DNA of 24,820 nt from a virus (taxonomy: Duplodnaviria > Caudoviricetes): positions 1 to 24,820 of the IMG/VR virus record IMGVR_UViG_3300035527_000019; one strand, written 5' to 3'. Below, piece after piece: positions 18,092-24,055 of this stretch (the stretch's first letter is position 1; each line of letters opens with the position of its first letter). Made by a program: the position numbers and the translations under genes. The notes under the pieces are model-generated. The model did not search any database, had not been told where the DNA came from, and was given only the letters and a program-made list of their open reading frames with translations.

Positions 18092-18863
18092 TTTGTTCTT
18101 TCCATGCGGTTTCTACAATATCCACACAAAGGCGGTTGATTTTCTCGTAGTCCACGCCCTTCGGGAGTGCTGAATGTATGTATGCATCTTCTGCTGATGC
18201 AAACAACCGATCCGCTTCCTTTTTTACCTGTTCGAGAGTCCACGCGCCATGTTTTATCTCTAATAGCTGACTCGCGTCCTCGCGCTTGATGTAAAGTGCC
18301 CCATCGGTTAGAAATTCAATCCCCATCCTCAATAGACGAATTAGATGTGCTGCGTTTTTTGTGTCATAGCCAAACTTTTGTACCAACTGCTTGCGCTTCT
18401 CGCCCATGTACCCCTCAAATTTACAATTAGTCATTTTATGTAGTTGAGAGTAGGCATACCCCGTGAAGCTACGATAAACGTGCTTTCCAGAGAATAACGA
18501 GCGGTGCGTACGAAGAAGTGAACCCGCTCCAGTTTGTTTGATGATGTACTCGTCTGAAACCCACAACATTGAAAGTACATTGGGGTTGCCGTTCGCAAGC
18601 AGAGAGACTGCTTTTTTGATTTCATAAACGACAATATCCCATTCGTTCTGTTTGATTTCCCGCGTACCTCGTGAGCCAAATACCCTCAATCCGAGATAGT
18701 ACTCTTTAGGAAATACTGAAACAGCCATCGTGTCTTTATCATCAAATGACATTGGATCAGTATTCGGTACATACATCCCGTGAGCGATCGAGCCACGATA
18801 GACGTGCAAAATACAATATTTGTCTAACTCATCTCGTGTTCTAATATCTTTTGGTAAAGTCAT
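18078..18863 (-). CDS. Pol-beta superfamily nucleotidyltransferase (RlaP/YcgL/T4 NrdC.11-like)
   Basis: RGSIAHG...SFDDKD, YEIKK..LLANGNPNVLSMLW, GYDTKNAAHLIRLLRMGIEFL, LLEIKHG. SD GGAGG. Confidence 0.85.
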   Translation of the reverse strand: MTLPKDIRTRDELDKYCILHVYRGSIAHGMYVPNTDPMSFDDKDTMAVSVFPKEYYLGLRVFGSRGTREIKQNEWDIVVYEIKKAVSLLANGNPNVLSMLWVSDEYIIKQTGAGSLLRTHRSLFSGKHVYRSFTGYAYSQLHKMTNCKFEGYMGEKRKQLVQKFGYDTKNAAHLIRLLRMGIEFLTDGALYIKREDASQLLEIKHGAWTLEQVKKEADRLFASAEDAYIHSALPKGVDYEKINRLCVDIVETAWKEQNDRT

Positions 18864-18915
18864 TCAGCCTCCAATTAAATTTTTCCGATTTTCTCCAAAA
18901 ATCGCTTCGTATAGC

Positions 18916-19242
18916 TTATTCTTCTTTCGCTTCTACGTCTATTACATCATCATCGATCACTTCGCCGATACGAATGATCTCATCTGGCTCGTCTGCAATA
19001 GCGTGAATATCAATAGATTGCATGGGTTTACCGAGAACGCGGTCTGCTAAAAAGTCTCGCGCCCACTTATCCCCGCGCTTGGCTTGCTTTACGGCAATTC
19101 TTATGATCTCTTCCCAATCTTCTTTGGTAACTACTTTGTTGAAAGATTCATAAAGTTCAATTTCATATTTCTTGGGAGGGCGACCTTTGGCGAATTTATT
19201 ACCTGGAAGGAAACGCCCTGTCTTTGGGTCTCTTCCTGTCAT
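18916..19242 (-). CDS. Putative terminase small subunit
   Basis: RDPKTGRFLPGNKFAKGRP N-terminus and AKRGDKWARDFLADRVLGKPMQ, first gene of the packaging operon. Confidence 0.75.
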   Translation of the reverse strand: MTGRDPKTGRFLPGNKFAKGRPPKKYEIELYESFNKVVTKEDWEEIIRIAVKQAKRGDKWARDFLADRVLGKPMQSIDIHAIADEPDEIIRIGEVIDDDVIDVEAKEE

Positions 19243-19248
19243 GTGATT

Positions 19249-19274
19249 ATTATAGCATATTTTTATGGTATAAT
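19249..19274. promoter_or_regulatory. Back-to-back extended -10 promoters; the minus-strand one implies a leaderless terS mRNA
   Basis: Minus TGCTATAAT (19257-19249) is 6 nt before ATG 19242. Plus TGGTATAAT at 19266-19274. Confidence 0.6.
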
Positions 19275-19647
19275 TATGAATAACAGTACCCGCCGAGCCT
19301 ATGTTGGATTTATATCCATCACGCTCAAACTAGGCGGGTCATTTTATACAGGATAATATACGGAATTTGTATACTATCCTGTATATTTTGCAAGCCAAAG
19401 GTGAGGATAATCCTTACCTTTAACCCATAGATCAAATAGGGCACGACCGTTATTTCGGTTTATCCTGTATATCTAAAATAACGCATACGAGTTAATATCA
19501 TCATACGAAAAATATTTCTCTTTGTGTGGAGATAATACCACTTAGAAGGTATTTTCTATCCATTAAAAGCATCTGGCGCCCTTTCGAGCGCCGTCAGCCG
19601 TCGTACAATAGATAGTTACCTGCTATCTTCTCAAGACAGTCTCCTAT

Positions 19648-19821
19648 AACCATAGTCAGGATTCGAACCTGATTTTCTCGTTCACGGTCGCGCGCTAAAG
19701 GAATCGCAGCCTTGCTCGGAGCAGCTCACTGCCTTTCTAGTCCGTACCTGCATTACCCGTGATTTGAGGTTACGCCTTTCATCTCCGTTTTTAGTGTCTT
19801 CCCACGACACCCGCTATGGTT
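19648..19821 (-). ncRNA. tRNA-like RNA with acceptor, D and T arms but a ~120-nt domain in place of the anticodon/variable arms
   Basis: (A)ACCATAG/CTATGGT(T) acceptor stem, GGTGTC-GTGGGAA-GACACT D-like arm, TCAGG-TTCGAAT-CCTGA T arm. No encoded CCA. Confidence 0.75.
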
Positions 19822-19823
19822 TT

Positions 19824-20063
19824 TGGTGCGACTGAGGTTGGGACTAGAGTCCCACTACGAGTCGCATAGCGACTCTTCTCAGACGCGTGCCCGCCAGATA
19901 TAGGACTCTCGCAAGAGCCTCACGGCATGAAGCCGAGTTTTGTCTGGTGCGGGCGGGAGTGTGTGCCTGCATTTTCACTATTTATCCGACTAAAGTATCA
20001 GGCTTGGTGTGATCTCGCATTGCTGCGCGGATAATCCTCAACCCAATAGGACACACCCATCTA
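19824..20063 (-). ncRNA. Tandem multi-branched structured RNA domains, the last ending in ACCA
   Basis: Three closed domains: ~20059-19956, 19954-19889 and 19886-19824. GNRA-capped hairpins. Promoter TGGTATAAT at 20078-20070. Confidence 0.6.
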
Positions 20064-20078
20064 CCATTAATTATACCA

Positions 20079-20516
20079 TTAATCAATCACCTCAAATGGG
20101 AATACCCAATCGCATAATACTGTGCCCACTGGCGGATCGAGTAAAACACCACCATCATCGCTTTTATAAAGAACGCACTTTAGAATCTTGTATTCTGAAC
20201 CACTCGCGACAGGCGCATAAACAAAGCTCTTTGCATTTTCCAGCGTATCAAAGGCATATATCGGGGGGCTTGCTTTAGTCTTTTTGTAAAGACGATATTG
20301 TAGACTTCGTTCACCGCCAGCAACACAACTATAATATTCGCCATCGACCTCTTTCACAACCTTATACCCGATAACCGCTTCTTCAGCTTTGGTGAGTTGT
20401 GAAAATGGCACAACGTATGTTCCCTCTTCTTGAGGAATATAAGCATATTCCTCGATTTTGGCTACTGTGCCAATCCCATAAGAAAACTTCACCCTATCTC
20501 CTACTTTGTATTTCAT
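20079..20516 (-). CDS. Hypothetical protein with an N-terminal KOW/SH3-like motif
   Basis: AAGGAGG precedes ATG 20516 (MKYKVGDRVKF). The longer start in the ORF track is unlikely. Confidence 0.75.
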   Translation of the reverse strand: MKYKVGDRVKFSYGIGTVAKIEEYAYIPQEEGTYVVPFSQLTKAEEAVIGYKVVKEVDGEYYSCVAGGERSLQYRLYKKTKASPPIYAFDTLENAKSFVYAPVASGSEYKILKCVLYKSDDGGVLLDPPVGTVLCDWVFPFEVID

Positions 20517-20565
20517 TCTTTCCTCCTTGTTTGTATTTATTATTGCGCATCTGCAGTTAAGGCGC

Positions 20566-20640
20566 TCAGCCGATAGGGAACACGATAAGCCATGCACGCA
20601 AATGCAATAACCACTCTCTAAGGGCAATATACTTGAACAC
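20566..20640 (-). CDS. Small hydrophobic peptide (24 aa)
   Basis: TGATATAAT promoter, then GGAGG 5 nt before GTG. Translation MFKYIALREWLLHLRAWLIVFPIG. Confidence 0.45.
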   Translation of the reverse strand: MFKYIALREWLLHLRAWLIVFPIG

Positions 20641-20836
20641 ACTAGCCTCCTATATATTCATTATATCATATTTCAAGCATTATTTTTTATTCCAAAAAAA
20701 ATTTCAGCAGGGGAAATATATGCTCAATATAGGGTAGGGGAGATGATTCTGTATATAGGCGATGATTTTGTGGTGAAAAAAATTGGGAAGAGCCCCTCCC
20801 CCACCGCGCCGATTTCCAACCGATTCGCTTCGTTTG

Positions 20837-20852
20837 TAGAACGCTCGTTCTA
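20837..20852. promoter_or_regulatory. LexA-type palindrome TAGAAC-GCTC-GTTCTA
   Basis: Perfect AGAAC-N4-GTTCT in a non-coding region. Confidence 0.55.
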
Positions 20853-20862
20853 TCACGGCGGG

Positions 20863-20905
20863 ATCACGCCATATTATGCGCCCTGATATCACGCCATACT
20901 ATGCG
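20863..20905 (+). repeat. Two 18-bp direct repeats ATCACGCCATA(T/C)TATGCG
   Basis: Copies at 20863-20880 and 20888-20905, one mismatch. Confidence 0.75.
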
Positions 20906-21390
20906 TTGCCCATAGCGGCACCAGGAACAGAGCTACTCAGTACCTGTGTTGCCTGCTCATAACAGAATGCTTTCGATAAGTGCAATTAAACAGACCATAA
21001 CTACCTATCCATGTACTGTTGCACCCATCTGTATAGGTGTGTCGGGTTGCAGAAGGGCATGTCATCTAATATGACAATGTTTATCCACATTGTGCTATTC
21101 ATAAATAGGACAAACTAGGTCATAATTGTCTTGTCTAAATAGGATAATGTTGGTCTGAATTACCGATTTCACGCGGTAGAGACGGGGAGGTGAAAACCCC
21201 ATTTCTCCCCTATTCCATATCTGTAATAGTGAATATAGGATCACATGCAGAAACATGCCAGTTCTATAAATTAGTATGTGTCTACATGTATCCCCATATT
21301 AGTGTCGCGCATTCTGCTATCATTGCATGTAGATTATATGGTTCTATTCCCCTTATATAGTGTGTTCTGGTGCTTGTGTGTTCTAATAAT

Positions 21391-21417
21391 AAAAGCCCGG
21401 TGGTTAGTCGGGCTTTT
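21391..21417. terminator. Bidirectional intrinsic terminator
   Basis: AAAAGCCCG...CGGGCTTTT. Confidence 0.75.
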
Positions 21418-21436
21418 ATGGTGTGTTATATGTTGT

Positions 21437-21646
21437 TTAGTACATTGTTACATTTATATGCCTCATTGCCTTGGGTTTGTTTGCATAAAATGCCCCATCC
21501 CTTTTGGCATAAATGATTGTAATGCCCATGTATACTATTCCGTACTCGGTTCCTGGAAGCCATTTAATTCTCCATGCGTTTTCTTCTGGGTTTTCGCGCA
21601 TGGTGGAGACAGCCTCTTTTTTTCTTTGTACAATAGTCTTTGACAT
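21437..21646 (-). CDS. Hypothetical early protein
   Basis: 69-aa ORF with purine-rich SD (AAGGGG), ending just before a terminator. Confidence 0.65.
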   Translation of the reverse strand: MSKTIVQRKKEAVSTMRENPEENAWRIKWLPGTEYGIVYMGITIIYAKRDGAFYANKPKAMRHINVTMY

Positions 21647-21658
21647 TGTGTTTGCCCC

Positions 21659-21832
21659 TTATACCACGTGCTTACAATATGATTTGAGTGCTTTGATCTT
21701 TGTTACGTCGCTCTTCTTGATCTTCATGCAGCGCCCGCCGTCAATACTAACCCGTTGTTTTCTTGGGTATAGTGCCACTACATGGTTTGTTTCTGCTAAT
21801 TGCTTGACTCTTGTAAATGTGATTGATTCCAT
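21659..21832 (-). CDS. Hypothetical basic early protein (57 aa)
   Basis: Manual translation MESITFTRVKQLAETNHVVALYPRKQRVSIDGGRCMKIKKSDVTKIKALKSYCKHVV. SD GGAGG. Confidence 0.7.
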   Translation of the reverse strand: MESITFTRVKQLAETNHVVALYPRKQRVSIDGGRCMKIKKSDVTKIKALKSYCKHVV

Positions 21833-21860
21833 TTCCTTGCCTCCATATTTCTATATACTT

Positions 21861-21888
21861 ATTATAGGTGTTTTCCCGTAAATGTCAA
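21861..21888 (-). promoter_or_regulatory. Consensus sigma70/sigmaA promoter
   Basis: TTGACA-N16-TATAAT. Confidence 0.85.
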
Positions 21889-21893
21889 TACCC

Positions 21894-21922
21894 AAAATAA
21901 AAGCCCCGTGTTTAGCGGGGCA
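21894..21922 (-). terminator. Intrinsic terminator
   Basis: Minus strand GCCCCG...CGGGGC followed by TTTTATTTT. Similar in sequence to the 21391 terminator. Confidence 0.75.
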
Positions 21923-21944
21923 TTGTGTATTGTGCTCTTTTGTG

Positions 21945-22328
21945 TTATCTATGCTCCCATTGAGCGTCATTATATCCTGGTAGATTTCTGATAAACTCCT
22001 TTCTCATTTCCTGAATGAACCTATATGCGTTTGTTGCGTAGTAGTACTCATGTTCGCATGAGTTATACTCTATGCAATCTAGGAACTTTAGCGCCTGAAC
22101 ATAGTCAACATTGGCGCGGTGTAGGCGTGGGCATTTATTATATTCATATCCCGCGTATGGTACATCTTCACCGTATCTGTGGTTTACTGATGTTGCGTTT
22201 TGATGCTTGATCGCCCTTCCCATGTCATCCAGAACTGCATCTGGGCGGCGCGCGGTGTCCCTACCTGCTATTTGATATGCCGTTAGTACATAATCTATTG
22301 TTTGGTCATTTGCTACAAATGCGCTCAT
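21945..22328 (-). CDS. Hypothetical phage protein
   Basis: 127 aa, MSAFVAN...NATSVNHRY...LDCIEYNSCE. Has its own promoter, SD GGAGG and terminator. Confidence 0.8.
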   Translation of the reverse strand: MSAFVANDQTIDYVLTAYQIAGRDTARRPDAVLDDMGRAIKHQNATSVNHRYGEDVPYAGYEYNKCPRLHRANVDYVQALKFLDCIEYNSCEHEYYYATNAYRFIQEMRKEFIRNLPGYNDAQWEHR

Positions 22329-22354
22329 CTCATTCCTCCGTTTTCTATATATCT

Positions 22355-22456
22355 ATTATAGCCGTCCTGGAACATTTGTCAAGGGATTTTGGGAGAAAGT
22401 GACTTTCGTCACGTTCATTTGTTCTATATTGACTTTTGCCAGGATATAACTATAAT
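22355..22456. promoter_or_regulatory. Divergent consensus promoters with a central palindrome
   Basis: Minus TTGACA-N16-TATAAT (22382-22355), plus TTGACT-N16-TATAAT (22429-22456), and GTGAC-TTTC-GTCAC at 22399-22412. Confidence 0.8.
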
Positions 22457-22486
22457 TAGTATAAATCAAATAAATGGAGGAACGAA

Positions 22487-22675
22487 ATGAAACGCATGGA
22501 TTGGGTTTTGGATAGACTAGGGGTATATACCGAGGATGATGTGATCCGAGAGTTTTCAGGGATGAACGTTGAGGAGGTTGAGGATTTTCTGAATGGCGTC
22601 TATACGACGGACGACAATCGCGAGCTGGCGAGCGAGATAGTAACCGTGTGCTACTATCCGGACTCTATCAGATAA
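22487..22675 (+). CDS. Small acidic hypothetical protein
   Basis: 62 aa, SD GGAGG, first gene after the plus-strand promoter. Confidence 0.75.
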   Translation: MKRMDWVLDRLGVYTEDDVIREFSGMNVEEVEDFLNGVYTTDDNRELASEIVTVCYYPDSIR

Positions 22676-22738
22676 TCGAAACGCCCAGTGATGGGCGTCT
22701 ATCCAGATTGACCAGCCGGGTACTGATGAGATAGGTCA
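22675..22738 (+). ncRNA. Hammerhead ribozyme, type II
   Basis: GAAA 22678-81, stem III ACGCCCA-GTGA-TGGGCGT, GUC cleavage triplet 22697-99, stem I TATCC/GGGTA, CTGATGA 22723-29, stem II GAT/ATC, pseudoknot TGACC/GGTCA. Confidence 0.9.
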
Positions 22739-22866
22739 TAATAAGGAGAATAAAAGGGATATGGCAGAAAGGTACTTGATTGTCCAATAAGCGATCATAA
22801 CAAAAATACGCCAAACGAAATGTTAGCAATTTGGATCAAGGGTTTAGTTAAATCAAAGGAGGAAAA

Positions 22867-23232
22867 GTGAAATACAAAGTAGGCGATTGGGTACGGGTTG
22901 TTGAGGATTGCAGTGGGCATGATGTAGGACAAATTGGGATTATTATGTATGTTGACGACCACTTCTTCCCATATCTGGTATCCTCGGATGCAGTACATAC
23001 TAATATCGGCGAGCACTGTGGTTGGCAAACCTTGAAAAATATGATATTCTGTATCCAACATATACCCATGCAAGGGGTACTTACAGGATATAGAATATAT
23101 GAAAAGCACAAACTCAACCCTCGGATCACAAGAAACCGGCGAAGAAAATCCGCAAGATCACTAATGTTTTGTAATTTCTCCTCCGTGATGGCGCACAAGC
23201 TGTTGTGCGCCAAATTCGGCGAAGAAATATGA
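22867..23232 (+). CDS. Hypothetical protein with an N-terminal KOW/SH3-like motif
   Basis: AAGGAGG before GTG. Begins MKYKVGDWVRV. Confidence 0.65.
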   Translation: MKYKVGDWVRVVEDCSGHDVGQIGIIMYVDDHFFPYLVSSDAVHTNIGEHCGWQTLKNMIFCIQHIPMQGVLTGYRIYEKHKLNPRITRNRRRKSARSLMFCNFSSVMAHKLLCAKFGEEI

Positions 23233-23245
23233 CACGGTGTCATAT
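23227..23245. repeat. Perfect palindrome ATATGACAC-G-GTGTCATAT
   Basis: Overlaps the upstream stop and precedes the SD of the next gene. Confidence 0.75.
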
Positions 23246-23260
23246 CTATAAGGAGGATGA

Positions 23261-23470
23261 ATGTACGAATACAAAGATAAAACATTGCAATTACTTCATG
23301 ATGCAGCAGGCGTTGAGATGGATCGGGCCGTAAAGCTGGGAGAACTTGTTGATGCCTTGCGTCTAGTTGGAAATGCAGCTCTAGCACAAAGAATTTCACT
23401 AATTGCCAAACCACTACAAGAACACGCTAACAAAATATTCAATCATCTTGATGATGTGAAAAGAGGATAG
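23261..23470 (+). CDS. Hypothetical protein
   Basis: 69 aa, SD TAAGGAGG. Confidence 0.75.
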   Translation: MYEYKDKTLQLLHDAAGVEMDRAVKLGELVDALRLVGNAALAQRISLIAKPLQEHANKIFNHLDDVKRG

Positions 23471-23473
23471 GCC

Positions 23474-23653
23474 ATGAATTGGCATTTGAAAAAAGATGGT
23501 GAAATAATTGCAGACTTTGAAAATCTGCAAGAAGCCATGGAATATCTACAAGATTTTGTTTCCAATGTTCAGGATGCTACAAGTCTTGGTTATTCCATTT
23601 GCAGCAGTGATTATCAGGAATATCTTGATAGCCCATTAGATCCTAGAGATTAG
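23474..23653 (+). CDS. Small acidic hypothetical protein (59 aa)
   Basis: Manual translation MNWHLKKDGEIIADFENLQEAMEYLQDFVSNVQDATSLGYSICSSDYQEYLDSPLDPRD. SD GAGGA. Confidence 0.7.
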   Translation: MNWHLKKDGEIIADFENLQEAMEYLQDFVSNVQDATSLGYSICSSDYQEYLDSPLDPRD

Positions 23654-23673
23654 ATACGACACCGTGTCGTATC
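23653..23673. repeat. Perfect palindrome GATACGACAC-C-GTGTCGTATC
   Basis: Lies between a stop codon and the next SD (AAGGAGG). Confidence 0.75.
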
Positions 23674-23684
23674 AAGGAGGATAA

Positions 23685-23882
23685 ATGAATAAACGCAAAA
23701 TGGCATTGAGGGTAGTCGAAAGAATCGCAGCACATGAAATGTGTAGACACACACAAGAAGATTGGAAAACGATTTATAAATTCTGCCATGTTGCACTAGG
23801 AACTTGTAAGAATCCTCATAAGGATTGGCGTAAAAAGTTATCAAAAACCTACAAGAGTATGAAGGAGGCTAACGAACTGTGA
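23685..23882 (+). CDS. Hypothetical protein
   Basis: 65 aa, SD AAGGAGG, IYKFCH...CKNPHKDW. Confidence 0.75.
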   Translation: MNKRKMALRVVERIAAHEMCRHTQEDWKTIYKFCHVALGTCKNPHKDWRKKLSKTYKSMKEANEL

Positions 23883-24055
23883 AAATCTTCAAGTCTAAAG
23901 ATACATTCAAAAAGATTACAGAGTTGCAGCAAGACCTCAAAAATCTGCGAGAAACACAAGAATTTTTGAGACTCAACTATATTCCTTACGATGATGCTTT
24001 TATTGAGGATATTCTTGATCTGTTGGAAAAGATAATAGAAAGGATAGAGAAATGA
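23879..24055 (+). CDS. Small helical hypothetical protein (58 aa)
   Basis: GTG start overlapping the previous stop, SD AAGGAGG, MKIFKSKDTFKKITELQQDL...ERIEK, ATGA overlap with the next gene. Confidence 0.7.
   Translation: MKIFKSKDTFKKITELQQDLKNLRETQEFLRLNYIPYDDAFIEDILDLLEKIIERIEK

Noticed and set aside
19575-19640. Possible second hammerhead (CTGACGG...CGAAA on the minus strand)
   Set aside because: The core deviates from CUGANGA, and the GAAA is a tetraloop closing a hairpin rather than a junction strand.
19648-19821. Canonical tRNA or tmRNA call
   Set aside because: There is no anticodon arm of canonical geometry. It is far shorter than tmRNA, has a D stem and lacks the G3-U70 alanine identity pair.
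20517-20642. N-terminal extension of ORF 20079..20642
   Set aside because: A strong SD precedes ATG 20516, and the upstream SD fits a 24-aa peptide in another frame at least as well.
22795-23414. Minus-strand ORFs of 104 and 188 aa
   Set aside because: They oppose plus-strand genes that have strong SDs and a consensus promoter.
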